Of a stretch of DNA of 64,000 nucleotides, positions 14,877-28,800 are shown piece after piece (positions within the stretch are counted from its first letter, which is position 1; each line of letters opens with the position of its first letter). The DNA is taken from assembly GCA_977016875.1 (NCBI GenBank), contig CDRNST010000180.1, positions 2,170,001 through 2,234,000 on the forward strand, written 5' to 3'. A model generated the notes under the pieces. It was given only the letters and a program-made list of their open reading frames with translations. It ran no database searches and was not told where the DNA came from. The position numbers and the translations under genes were made by a program. Source of the stretch: Pavona decussata (taxonomy: Eukaryota).

Positions 14877-15773
14877 CTTTAAAATTTAACCGAGTATGTA
14901 AAACTGAGTGCACATGTTGTGAAGTCACATGCGATAGAAAAAAATACACTGAAAAAGTGTCAGGCGCTACACACTACCACCCTTTATCTGATAGTCTATA
15001 AATACAGACGCCCCCAACGTTCACGTTTGTTACGGGCGTTTGTGCTTACCCCCTAGCTGTCGAGGATGACTAGTAGAGCGGCCATTAATTTTTGAGGGTC
15101 TATCCTCAAGGAATTGCACAGCTGCCAGCAACTACGCACATTTCTAAATTTGGAAGTGAAGCAACTTCCCAATTGAAAATTACCGCCTTTTAAAATGGTC
15201 AGTTTAAGTTCATACTCTCGATTGCTTTTTTTTATGGTTCATACAGAGCATGAGATCATATAGGGTTTCTTTGGTTTTATGTTCATTGCAACTAACACGG
15301 AAACCAAAATATCAGTTGTGTATTCATTTATGTGTACAAAAGAATGCGAAAAAAAAAAAAGATTCACAAATTAAGCCGACGTGCTTTATTGAGTAAAATA
15401 AGAAGTGGTTTTGAAAACATCTGATATTAACTTCATTTTTAGTGTCAGGAAAATTGAACCCTTAGACCGCGTGGTTATTTTGCAAACGCTGGTACACAAA
15501 TCCATATTTTCCACAAATCTGTTTTTTTATTTTTTAGCGTCGAAAATAGTGGTGAAGTCACGCACAATAACTACGCCCTTGTTGTTCATAACAGGAAGCT
15601 AAACTAGCAGACCCCTTCCGCCCCCAGTTTTTGGTGTTCCTTTAATTTTGTATACCTATTCTGAGCTCCAAGAAGTAAAAGACCGCCCGTACATATATTA
15701 GTTAGTACCCCGCAAAAGCGCAAAAGCAGTGAGGTATCTTGTATACACATATCTTCCTCGTGGATGGTCAACT

Positions 15774-15982
15774 TTAACCCAACCCCTAATATCAAAGAAA
15801 AAATTCTCCTATCTTGTCCCAATACTTTTCTTATAAAAGTGCAGGGGAGAAGTTATTAAAATATCAAGAGAATTCACCTAGGGTGATCATATCCTTGATT
15901 CTCATGACCTCAGGGGTTGAATGAGCATTGATAACACAAGGAGAAATTTGATGCTGATCACTGTTAGGGCTTAAAGGGTTAA
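15774..15982. mobile_element. TTAA-flanked (piggyBac-type) MITE
   Basis: Ends TTAACCC...GGGTTAA. An inverted partial copy of its interior lies at ~37993-38155 (shared TTCAACCCCTGAGGTCATGAGAAT). Confidence 0.65.
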
Positions 15983-18900
15983 ACTAGAATGTAGCTTATT
16001 TTTTACATCACTGATCCTTCATTTTTCCGTCCAAAATTTGAACCTAGATCCTAACTGGGCGCCACAAATTTCATGCCTGGTGTTGGTTTTGATCCCATAA
16101 AAATCGCACAGTCAAATTTGTCTATTCAGCCTGAGAAGCAATCTTTCTCGTCTTTGCACTAGCTGTGTTCCTTTACCCAAAAACGTGCAAATGTTCATTC
16201 CCCTCACTCATTTAGGCCAGATTTTGTGGATCTGGCAATTTTGATCCCACAAAAATTACGCAGCGTCAGCCACAAACTGATCGATCCCGAGACCTTTACT
16301 TGGTCTCTGACTGTTATTAAGAGTCTTCGTTTACGAAGCTGTTGTTTGTAGTTTACCCTGGTATAATCTTATGCAATTTGATGTTTTCTGAGCCCGCATT
16401 TTTTCGTGCTGTTGAGGCTTTCCTGCCTGTACCTTTTTTTCTCTTTTTTCTTTTTTTTTTAACCTAGTATTGGCAGTATTGTCCCTGGGGAGGCTAATAA
16501 AATAATATAACATTTAGGATACTTTATCAAGTGCTAAGAAAGTGGAATAAGAATGATTAACTCTACCAAATTTTTTAATTCCGCAGCCAAGTTTTCCCAG
16601 TTCTTTTTAGCCAGGACTGTAAGCTGCGATAACCTTTGCGACTGGGATTAGCAAATGCGACAGAGATTACCAAATGTGAGAGCTACTTTTACGGAGAAAT
16701 CACTTTGAATCACGTCTCAACACGGACTGAGGACTGGGGACTGACACACGTGCCTTGCAATTGTTCGCATCTTTCAGCGCAGGTGCGGCTGCTTTTGCAG
16801 TCCAACTAAATTACGTTCGAAAACATGCTTGATCTTTGGAGTGAAAGATGTACTACACCTTCTAATTTCTTTTGATAATAGTGTGAGGCGATAATGTGCA
16901 GCTCTTTCTCACCCTCTTATCGTGGACTCCAATCTTGGTTTATTTTTATTTTGTTGCGTGCGTGTTTTATCCGAGAAAAAGCTCTTTGGCAGCTTACGTT
17001 TATCCCTCGAATGATCTTTTCCTCGTGTTTTTCTCTGCTGACATCTCACAGGTTTTTTTAACAGAGTTAATACTCCTATCGCAACTGTTTATCTGTTTTT
17101 CTTACCTATTTCATTACTGTCATCGACTCTCTGTGTGGTTGAGTTCAAAACATTTGTGAAGAGGTACTAATTTTCTCGACCGCATGGAACATGCAATCCA
17201 TAATTGTTAGCAAGCCTTAACTTGACGCGCGTTCACGGGAAGGAAAATTAATATGGCTTTATAGGAAACCCGCGTTTTTCTTTCTCTCGAAACATCCCTA
17301 CTGGAAAATGGAAGACAAAATTCGTGAATAAAAATATCTCTATTTTTATCGTCAAATACTGTCTGTTAACAGATAATCCGATTAATTAGGAAAGACGAAG
17401 AGGATTTGTTGTACGACTGTGTTTTGGACTTGTTTGAAAGGTCTGTCTCGAGAACAGTCAAGCACGGGGACGACTGAAAAGTACAAACATGTCTTTTGTG
17501 AAAATGGGGAACTGAGAACAAACTCTTTAGGTTTTCATCGTCTACAGGCTTTAACTATACGTACTTCACCACATTGTACAGATAACATGTATGAGCGCAA
17601 TAGTGGGTGTAATAGTAAAGTACATTTTTTTTTATTTGAACAGTTAGACTTGGTTATCGTTCTCTGACCACAATACTGACAGCTCACTGACGTTCTTTTG
17701 TACTTTCCTGCAAGAAAATAGCTTCATTTACTTTTCATTTTTGTAATTGAACAATTTTGTCCTGATTTTAAACAACACATACAAATAATCAAACCCCGGG
17801 AATCAAACAAACAGTAACCCCCTGTTGTGCGGATTAACGACAACTGAACAACGTAAACCGCAAAAAGAAATTGCATTTCTTTAGCTAAAGTAGTCAACTT
17901 TTGAGTTAGATTTAAGGAATGCGTCTGCATAATATGTATTAAAGAACGTTTCTTTCGGTACATTTTAGTCTGAGAATGACAACGTTCATTTAGCGTGACG
18001 GCCATTGTGATGAAAGCTTTCATGAGCTGTAGTTTGTTTTGATGCTACTTGTTTGCAGTAATTTACAAAATGACATTTGCGGCTTTTTTCTGACGTTTTT
18101 TTTTTTTACATCAGATGCTTGTGAAAATACAAGAAATGAAGCATTTGTGACATGGTCATTGCAACCAGTCAGTAACTTTTGCTGAAGTTATCCCTTTTTG
18201 TGCCTGCGTGTTTGACTCTGTGTGGTTCCCCCATGCATGATGAGAATCTTCAGGTAAAAAACCCACATGTACAGTACAACTGTATACCTAACAATGTACA
18301 ACGAAAGGAGACCATAAATAGTATGAAATAATGCGATAGATCTCCTTAATCCTTTAATCAAATAAACATCACCCAGGAAGTGCACTGACGCACCACTACC
18401 GGAGATTGTAACATTGCACAGAAATAATCCAATTACGCATAATTTGTACCTTGCTTCTTGGTTACTTTGATACATCTTAACTCTAAAACTAGTTAACTAT
18501 ATATTGATGGAGGTTACGTTTTCCTCGAGGTTTTTTTTTTTCCGCGACGTTTCAAACAGTTCCAAGCATATAAGTTTTCAATTAAATTTTAATTAAGTTA
18601 CTGCGCTTAGTCACAAATTGATTCCTCTTCCCGATTTTCAAAACCGCACGGTTTTAATTTCTTTCACCTTTTCTGGGCAGACAAGTTTTCAAGGACATAC
18701 TGTCTGTTTTACGTACTGAAAAAGGTCTTTGTAAATCAAGCCCCACCCTTATTATGATCTTACTGAAGATCTAGTGTGAACCCAGCGAAAGTTGTTTCAG
18801 TGAGGTGGTCACATTATTACGAAGGATTCGGAATTACAAAGTATCCATATCTGTTGCGTACACACTATGCGGAAACCAGCCACAGCTGTAAGTTCAGAAC

Positions 18901-19696
18901 ACGAAAAAAAGGGAATTCAAGAAAGTTAAACCACGTACAATTCCCTTTACATTTCAATCACTGGCAAGACTGACCTCATTTCCAAGCTGCAACACTGTTT
19001 CATTCTAAACTATTATTGTTTGGACACCCGTTTTCAAATGTAGTGTTTGTTTAGGAAGGGATATCCTGAAAATGTCCTTAAACAGAATGGGTCATGAGTT
19101 TTTAAAATTGTGTTTTTTGTTAAAAATACTCATCCCGTAAACTCGTGCCAATGACAAAACGTTCAACAGGTGTTTATCAAAAATGGTCTCGCTTCTGTTC
19201 GCCGTATGTTGAAAAGGTCTGAATAGTGTATCAGGCCATAAATACTTCAACATGCTAAGGAGTGAAGCTAGAGACACGCTATATTCTGTTCAACAACCCG
19301 GGCATGTTGAACCGAGAAAGCAAATTAAACAAGCGGCCCACTTGAGAGAGGATTTACCTGCCCTCACCGTGTAGCGTAGGGCAACTTTCTATTGCTGAGG
19401 AGTTGAGAGAACTCGCTACTTGTGAATTTACATATTTATCATTAATCTCTTTCTTCTTAGGTCACCTTTCTGTGATTTCATCCATTGTCGTTTTGCTACA
19501 TTCCTCGAGATAACTAAACACTATACAGTGGTTTTTAATAAGCGTCATCACTTCAAGAGATTGGGAACACGCGGAGATTACAGTCTAATTGCATCTGTCA
19601 GTGTTTGACCCCTTCACCCCCAAGACTGCTCAAGTTAGTTCAAGTTAAAAACTTAAAAAAATATGTTTGATTTCAGTTTGAAAAATAACAAAAAAC

Positions 19697-19790
19697 AAAC
19701 AGTACCACAGGAAAGTACTGTTCACTAGCTTTCATTTGAATGCTCACAGCGTACAATTTCATCCACAGATTCCTAAGCTAGAACGACATT
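19697..19790 (-). repeat. Solo inverted copy of the ~106-bp repeat
   Basis: ACAGTACCACAGGAAAGTACTG...GCTTTCATTTGAATG...TTTCATCCACAGA is the reverse complement of the unit. Confidence 0.8.
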
Positions 19791-22100
19791 GCATCAAACA
19801 GATGGGTTGAATAAAAGTCGGGGTTGTATTAAATAATCCAATTTGGAAATTCTTCTCATACATTGTGGAGAGGTTTTGATACTTTTGCTTTATCTATACA
19901 GATTACCTTGCGTGCGTTTGACCCCGGAGGGTAGTTGAGTTGTTTATTTCCTTTAAATTTCGCCCATGACATGATGTTCAGTCTTGCATGTTTTGAGTTA
20001 AAACAGCATACACCACGTTTCGTGCTTGTTCAGTTATTTAGACTGAGAAACAAAAGCCTGTGATTTATCCACCACTTTAACTCAGTGTGAAATTTGTTAA
20101 TCACATCAAATAAAAATCATCAATATTTATTCTAGCCGCATGGGAGATAGTTATTTCACCATTTTAACATCCTTGTCACATTGTTAACGCTTTCCCATGG
20201 CACAGAAATTTCAGTAACACCCCAATAACATGTACTTTCCTGTTGAGTTAAATTGAGAGTCTAAGAACAGAAATATTCTATACCACGATTTTCGTGCTTC
20301 AATATAGAAACATTAAGGCTGTTGTTCTTTTTTTACACTTGAAATTAACCCTTATCCACCAAGTATTAGGTTTTCAGACTTACATCGGAAGCTTTGTCAG
20401 TTGATATTGTCTGGGAATTCAATTAGTGTCAACGGAGTTTATCGCATGAATCCGCCTTACATTGATTATAGGGGCTTTTGATCACGGCAGGGCGACATTG
20501 CAGCTGCCTTTTATAATGTTTCCAACTTTGGTCCTAAAAGACGTATTTCATTTATGATGGGAAGGTTAAAAAGCTGTATAATCCGCAACAATCGTCTGCA
20601 GATGGTCACAACGGTAGGTGGATTATGGTACTTGATGATAGTGGGTTAGTTCACCTCGATATCTAACTGGAACCCGACCAGGGATCGCCAAACCCAATGC
20701 ACTCGAACCGCAAGCAGAAAATTTTCCGGCTTTTCACACATTAAAGTAACTCAACCCACCATAAGTAAACTTGAATGTACCCAGGGATGAACTTAACCAT
20801 GAACCTAACAATCTCGTGTCATTTCAAGTCAATTGTAGCAGACAGACAAAAAATACAAAGCGAGCAAATGCTTAAAGAGTCTACTGATATGCTAAATATC
20901 TACACTTCCGCTTCTAGCATATACCTTGAGCAATACATACCTCAAGGCGATTGTTAGTTAGCTTATTATTCTTGCCCTTGGCTGTAATCAAAGACAGTGA
21001 TGACTGTAAAGGAAAACTATAAAACAGACAGTATGTATCGAGTTTGTCATGAACTTTGTGCCTTCGGTTGTTGTTCGTTCGGTCGACCAAGCCTCGCCCC
21101 ATTTTTTCTATTATCGTGTTCAGTAATCTTAGTTGTTTTTCGTTTCCGTGAATGCGTGCCTCTTGTAAGGGTCTAAAGTGTAGAAGAGCGAACAACCTTG
21201 ATAACAATTTCGCTAACAAGGCTCTCGTGCATGAAACTTGTGTATACATAGTTATGATAAATGTACTGCAAATGGGTGTGTCACAGCTCAAGAACAAGCT
21301 TTCCTTGTTGACAGCTTTCGATCTTTTCACAACGAAATCAGTTCATAACTAACAAGAATCCATAGGCTTAAGATGGTGTACCCTGAAAATTGGGATATAC
21401 TGAACATTTTACTTAAACAGTTTTTAGTTTTATATATGGTGTCTCCTGAGGGTCGACGTTGGGTCATGTGATAATGTAATTATCTATGAGTCTTTGGACT
21501 GAAAATTCTAAAGAATAAACCGTTCAAATGAAAGCTATTGAGCGGTACCTTCCTGTCGGTGGCGCTCTACAAGGTGGACAGGTTCTAACTTTCGGTGTGT
21601 GCATGAAATTCTAAAGAGTTTTTTTTTATTTTTATTATTATTATTCACAACATATTACTTACACTACTTAACAATATGATGCTTACCCTACTTACAATAT
21701 AATACTTTACACTTAAACACAGACATGAATAAAACGAAACTTGCCAATTAATAAATTGTGGCACATACAATATGTGTTTAACAGAGATATTACACAACCT
21801 AAAAGACGCTACATCTACTCACATTATAAAAGGTTACATGGCAGCGAAATAAAATAATAACAATAGAATTGATAACAAAAGTAACTAAATGGGAAAAATA
21901 AAGACATGGGCGCCGCTATTAAGCACTTAAACTGGTGGTATACTTGTTTCATTTGCGGTTAAAACTGGATTCATGTTTGGTGAATTTGTTGATCTTAAAT
22001 TCTATTTGATAAATATAATAAACTTTACAGATAAATAATCTCAGAGTGACCATTCAAATAAATTAAGGCCATTGACCCGTGGCAATGTTTATTATAATAT

Positions 22101-22470
22101 ATAGGGAACGTGAGCAGCGACAATGGCGACGTCAACGAAAATGTCTCTTTAAAATATAAATTCATATTATTTGAGCTATCTGTCATTTATCGTAACTTAA
22201 CTCAACTTGAACAGTGTGGGGTAATTATCCAGGAACTAAATTCATAGGAAAGGTACTCAAGTCAAGAAAGAGAATGAAAACTTCACCGTCGTGTGTTCAC
22301 GTTCTCCACAAAACCTTGAACTTGAGATCATTTCACGTTGTTCTTTTGAAGAGAATGGAAAAGAAATTACCAATACATCAAGCCCGTGTAGAGCGATTAG
22401 TCTTGCTCATTAGACCTCTTGTCTTGTGGCGTTCGCGTTGCCGTCGCCGTCATCTAATACGTTATGCTGT
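22101..22470. mobile_element. MITE-like element with imperfect GC-rich TIRs
   Basis: Left GCGACAATGGCGACGTCAACGAAAA versus right TTCGCGTTGCCGTCGCCGTC. Confidence 0.65.
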
Positions 22471-22559
22471 TAGTACTCAGGTGTCTAAAAGGAAAGTTAT
22501 TTGATACACTTGAAACTGTAGACTCCTATATTGAAGTGGAAACGATAATTGACCAAATA

Positions 22560-22873
22560 AAAAACTGATCATCCATGTCCTTCTCTTTGCCAGTATAATC
22601 TGATTCTCCTTTTTCCCTTTTCATCTCTTTTCTATTGTAGTATTAATGATAACAAAAAATTACATATAATTTACTTTAATTTTGATGTATAGCCTTATCT
22701 ATCTACGTTATTGTGTAAAGTTAAGTTTTCCGTTTTTCCAGAATGTTTGTAATTTGGTGTAATTTTTTTTTGTCTTGTCCCGCCTCGACTAGCTTTGTGG
22801 CTATTAGCGGGACAAGCCCTTTATATAATCTAAATCTGTAAATAAATTGTTGTTGTTGTTGTTGTTGTTGTTG
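22560..22873 (+). mobile_element. 3' end of a non-LTR retrotransposon (L2/CR1-like) with (TTG)n tail
   Basis: T-rich tract, stem-loop TTGTCCCGC...GCGGGACAA, then AATAAA and a (TTG)n run. Confidence 0.6.
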
Positions 22874-25800
22874 AGTTTTATCCTGTACGTAAACAACTGA
22901 AAGCTACCAAGCAGTGCTTTTCACGTTGGCTTTACACGGCCGTTCTAACTGTTGAGTCTACTTCTGGGTACAATTGTTCAAAGTAACCATTCAAATGACA
23001 AGGATTAAATAGTCCTTTCCTGTGGGCTGTGGAAACCTGAACTACTCAGTGATGAAAGCGTTTGCGCAGTAGTTTCCCATTTAGCTGTTTGTGGCATTCC
23101 TAGAAGGAAGAAGTTAACAAGATAACAGCACTTCGCAATTTGGCAAAATTTCCACAACGATTGGGTAATTTTTATCAAGTTACAGTTAGATTAGTAGACT
23201 TCCTGTCTTTTTGACGTTTTGTCCTCGATAGGCCTTATGGGCGCATGCGCAAGTGTCGGACATGTTTGTACCAGAGGAAATAAGTATTCAGGCACAAGTC
23301 AGATGATGCACAATTATTCGCATCAGATCACTGAACGCATCAAAAGGTCTCATCCGAATTGGCCGAGTGTGTAATTCAAACCACACACTAATCTATCTCT
23401 TAGCCTCAACTAAAGCTACCCTCGTAGAGAAATCAAAGGCTTTGGAGCCATTTTAACACTATGAGATTGCTGTTTTGTTTATATATGGATGGAGTCGTGC
23501 CAGCACAAATGTCTACTACTTGTTTTTAGTTGGGAACACGAACTGACCAAACTGGCGTGAAACACACATTGCTAATGAAACTGAGCTTAGGTGAGCACAC
23601 ATTTAAGATATGTCTTATACCAATTGTAGTGTTTAATCCATATTTTCGTCCGTATAGTGTGAGCCCTTGTTACTCTGGGTAATAAGCACACTAAACGGAG
23701 TCGTTATGTCGGTATAGTCACGTTCCTTGAAATGTGTTTAGCTAGAAATTTCATCGTCAAACAGCTCTGGACTTGGAAAATGAAAACAGCCGCAAACAAA
23801 TGCAAAATGGTCGTATTTTGATTTTTAGATGTTTACAAGTTGTTTAAAATAAGCCGCAAAGTTTATGTATTCATATTTAAAATAAAGTTGGACACCTATT
23901 TCAGTATCCAGGTTAATCTACAGAAAATTGTTCGACTGAAATCTTTGGTTGTACGTGAAAATACCCCTCTATCTTAAGTAACCACGTTGCGTTATACTGT
24001 CATAACTGACGAAGTGGGTCACCTTTTTCAAGTTGAACTTTCCATTGCGAAAGGTTCATCATTGACCTATTTACTTTTTTTTAAAAATGTTTACCTTCGT
24101 TGGGGAGACTTTGTAAACTAAACAGCACTGATCATCAGCTTTCATTAAAAGTTCAACACTGTAGAATTTCGCCAACAGGCTCAAAGAAAGGTTTTTAGGT
24201 TTTTAAACTGAACCACAACACTTATAAACTCCATCATATTTCCTTCTCTCACTAGAACGAGCAACTCCAGTGTAGTTTGTTGAAATTATACTTTGTAGTT
24301 TCTAATACTGGTTGAAGAGCTCTGCTAGTTTAATTTATGCTTGGGTTAGGAAAATACAACAGTAAGGAAAAAAGTGTTGACAGCAAATATATAAGTATAT
24401 AGTATACGTTAATTTTTTATATTATTTATGTTTGGCTATCAAGTAGAAAAAGTTTGAATTTCTTTTTAAAAACATTGTAGGGCAGACACTTAACTTCCAT
24501 TGGAATTGTTTCCCAGGTTTGTGATGCCACTACTCTAAAGCGTGCTAAACCATAATTAGTGCTAAACCATAGTTAGTGTTAAACCATAATTCCTATAAAG
24601 TTCTCTTATTAACGAATCTGGTACTATCTTACAAGCACCACCTGTGTATTTGACTATCAATCGTGATCGACGAGATAATACAAATTTCAGTTGTGTAATT
24701 CTATTTTCAGTTTGATCTGACTTTCGTTTAAGAAATCTCCACCACAGTTAAGGCGTTCACAACACAAGTTAAATAGTTTGCTTTACAGTTAGAGAACAGT
24801 ACTTTGCTGTGTTGCTGTGAATTGTGCTGCACAAAATGTTCTAACTCTGAAATATGTAGGCGTCCAATGAAATCCATAGAGCACAACAGATTTACAAAAG
24901 CCGGAGTAATTAATACTGATCAGCACAGTAGCAGAGGGCCTCATATGCGTCAGTATCATTGATGTGTCAGGCCATTGATTTCTGAATCTCATTGAAAAAT
25001 ACATTGTACTATGACTTTATGGTTTATTTGCATCGCTAATAGACTTTTTTTTTCTTGCATTTCAGGTAGAAAACCATGGACTTAAATTTCATTCTGTACG
25101 TAAACGGAAAAGAGGATTTAAATCCGAATTCATCCCGTTCTTCGGAACCAGAGCCAGGAACTCTGAACGTGCAATGTATATTCATGGCCAGTGAAGGATG
25201 GTCAGTGTACTTATGAAATGATCGTGAACTCAGAGGCGGGAACTACAGTAAGAATAGAGAATAATGAGCTTTACATAGAATGAGTTAGTAAATTAAACGA
25301 GGTAGTAAAGGAAGATATGAACTTCAAAGATGATAAGATGGCCAAACTGCCTTAAAACAACTCTCTGTGTTTACTTTTTAATACAACCCAAAAAAGACGC
25401 TGAACTTAGTGAGAACATACGTAATTCATCCTGCAACAGTTAAAGATAAAAAATTGTCGCTGGCCAGTAGCGATGATGTGATGCAACTGATTTTTGGAAA
25501 GTATGCATTTGAGTTTAATTGAAGAGCAAATTTTGTGAGTTTTATCAGTGCGCGACAAAGTAATGTTCTAGGCAGTAAAGTTTGTTCTTTCACGAATACA
25601 TACGACCAAAACAGTTCAAAAATGGAGAAATTAAACGAATAGTTTTCATGAAGAAACTAGATTTTCAGAAAACGATAGGCTTGTAATTTGAACTAAATGT
25701 TTTGTTAAAATCCATTTGGCCAGATGTTTATAAATGTTTCTTGTTTTACAAGTCAATTCATTCAGTTAAGTCAATGTTTGCCCCCTTTCAGCGTCAGTAT

Positions 25801-28800
25801 GTTTTTGTTTTTATGCGTTAAATGAGTTGTTATTATGTTATAAGTTCAAATCTATGCAGTGTTCGACGCCATCTTGTAATCACGTGTTCACAAGGAAGAC
25901 TGGAGCGAGTCGGCTGCTGTGCTTATTTATGGCGCGAAAATTTGGCGCGTTTAGTGTTCTGAAAGAGGCCTGTGTTGTCTGTGTTAGGAAAAAATAGGTC
26001 AAAGAAGAACAGAACTCTTATTCTTTCAGACTCATTTTTAACATACCGATAATTGTTACATCGTTAAGTGCAGTAGGCAAAACTAATATGCTTTGGATCA
26101 AAATTACATGAAAATTTTCTGTTAAGTTTTGAACGAAGAAACGAATTTAGTTTTCTTTGTAAAATCTGCAAACATTGCATTACTTTAACTGATTTATTTT
26201 GCTTCTCTGTTCCTTTTCTGTCGGCAGTTTTCATCATGTCTCCGTAACTCTTTCGTGAGATTGGATTGATTTTGTTCACAAATAACAGGATATCTTAGAT
26301 CTCAGACATTTCAACAACAGGCAAGCGTGACAACTTGGCCCAAACGTTTCTATGGCTACCAATACCATGGCAAATGATAAGGGTTCCGACTTATCTCCTT
26401 ATTTAGGACAGGAAGTGTCGGTAACATGTCACCACGTGACACACATTGACACCTCAGTGAAGGAGTATAATTAATTATGTATTTATTAGATTAATTTCGA
26501 GATCTCGAGACAACAAGGAGCCAAAATTCTCGTCTGGTGCATATGAGAAGCACCGGCATTTTCCGGATTTGTAATTGCTTTTCTTAAACAGTCGTTTAAC
26601 GGAATTTGATCAGTCGTTCCCAAGTGCACAAGGAAAAAATAAATTTTGGGCCTCAATTCAAGATGCTGTTTTTCCACTCGGTGTATACACTACTAAAGTG
26701 TGACCATTCAAATAAAACTACCGAGCAGTGTTTTCATGTGGTGGTGTCTGTGTCACCAAAGCTAATCTGGTATTTTCCATAACTTCTTATTTGAAGTGTT
26801 AATCCTTCTATTTTTGTCCTCTTATCTCAAGCAATAACATTTTTGCATCCATGGATAGCTTCAATATTATGTCGAGGTGCAACTGTTTTCAGGAGAAATG
26901 TCTTCGACTATTCACGCACAGGAAATTGCAGATAAGCCTGGAAAATCCTTTTTGACGTTTTATTTATGGTACTCTAGTCGATAACTGCGGTCTGCCAGAC
27001 CGGGAAACCAATATTCCAACAATGTGTCGCCCACCATCATGAACGTTAGAAAAAAAGCCATTCCACAAACAAACTGCTCTATTCATTCTGTGGATCTGAC
27101 TGCAGTTGATTTATAAAAAGTTTGAACACTAGACACTAGAAGAGTTTATTAAGATATTTTTAAAAAGTGGAATTTTTATTTAATACACACAGACTAAACA
27201 GTTCATTTATTTCATGATTTACACAGAGAAGCCCTAGATGCATTTTATACATTTTTTCGAGGCGTCGAATCTGACTTCTGTCTGACATAAAAACTGGGTG
27301 TCAACTCACTTGCGCAATTTTCCGGTTTTGCTCATCATTATTATGTAGCTAAGTAACCATTAAAATGCCGCCTTGACAGAAACTTTCCTCAAAATATACA
27401 CAATAGCTTTCTATGGCACTGGCAATATTTCAGTCTCAAATGTATGTAATGGAATCATTCTAGCTAATTCTGAAGCCCGCCATTACGGTTGCTCTTCTTT
27501 TGACTGCCCCTTCCATTCAAGATGCCAAGGATGAATATAGTTGTTAAATTTACACTATAATGCTCTTCGAAAGTACAGTTGGAATTTATGCTCAACTCGC
27601 TCTTTGTCTGAAGGAGAGAGATGTTTTTGTTGTGTAAGAATCACGTGACCCAAGAGTCCTGAAAGAAGGCAGTGTTCAGTTTGAAAGAGTTGAATAAATA
27701 TTATCAGCCATGTAGAACATTCGAAAAATAATAGCAGTTGCTATTCTCTCGAGAAGATAACCTAGTTTGGCATTGTTAGAGACTTTCCATTTACTTACCA
27801 TCAGGGAACCGTTTGCCTGTCAAAAGGCTTGCCAAATTTAAGCTGTGATAAATACAACTCCATTAGTTCCATTATAGAACTGTCTTGTCAAAATGATTTA
27901 TGATTTCTCGGTTTTCCTTTATGTTGAATTTCTGGCTTGTTGGCTGGCTTATCTCGCCACAGCAGAACGTCGTATTGCAAAATAACTTTGTTCGCTCATA
28001 AAGTTTTAAAGATTTTGCAAAAAACTCTTCCTGTGGTGGTACGAAATATTTATACCTGACCGAGTCTCCTACTATTCTTCAAAATGGCGTCCATGTTTGA
28101 GTGAAGTCAAGTTAAACTGAGAGAAAGCCTGAAAGCAAAGCTATGAAGAGAGACAAAGTCGACATTCAAAGCTGAACCAGCAAAGTGAGCAGATAAATAT
28201 CAGTCAATACTTGCATATGTATATGAGGCCCTGAGTTAAAATAATGTTGTCAGTAGAAGATACACACTTTATTAACTTCCCATTAGGAACTAAGGTAATC
28301 TGCGGTTGTGATTTTTGAGTCTGTGGATAAAATTAAGTGTTACTACTGATATGCAAGCTACTCGGTAGTGCTTTCATGTAGTAATTTTTGGCTTTTAGCT
28401 ATAGGATGTTTGCGAAGTGTAGGTTTCACACAGTTCGATCAAATTTATGTTATAGGAAATGACAATAGCTTGAAGAAGAATTGCACGACATCTTAGGTTT
28501 TCTGAGCAAAGTTTGTTATAGTGTTTCTTGGCAATGTGTTTCTACCCTTCAATTAAATCATGCAACGACTGTTTAAGTTTAATGCAAGACTTCCAGTTAA
28601 GTAACTGCCGATGTTTTCTTTCCCATCAAAAGTAATAATCTAACTCCTTGTTCAAGTTTGTGTTCGTGTTCGTTGTAATTGGAATCGCAGTCAACTTGAA
28701 GTCGCTTGGCGGGGACTGCTTGTGATTAACCCTCCCCAAAACATATGCATATATGTATTACTCTTTAGTTCAGTTAAATTGACAATCACATTGGAATTTG

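Noticed and set aside
20914-21330. 138-aa ORF and other 60-130 aa ORFs in the track
   Set aside because: Non-ATG or weak starts, no motifs or splice support; consistent with random ORFs.
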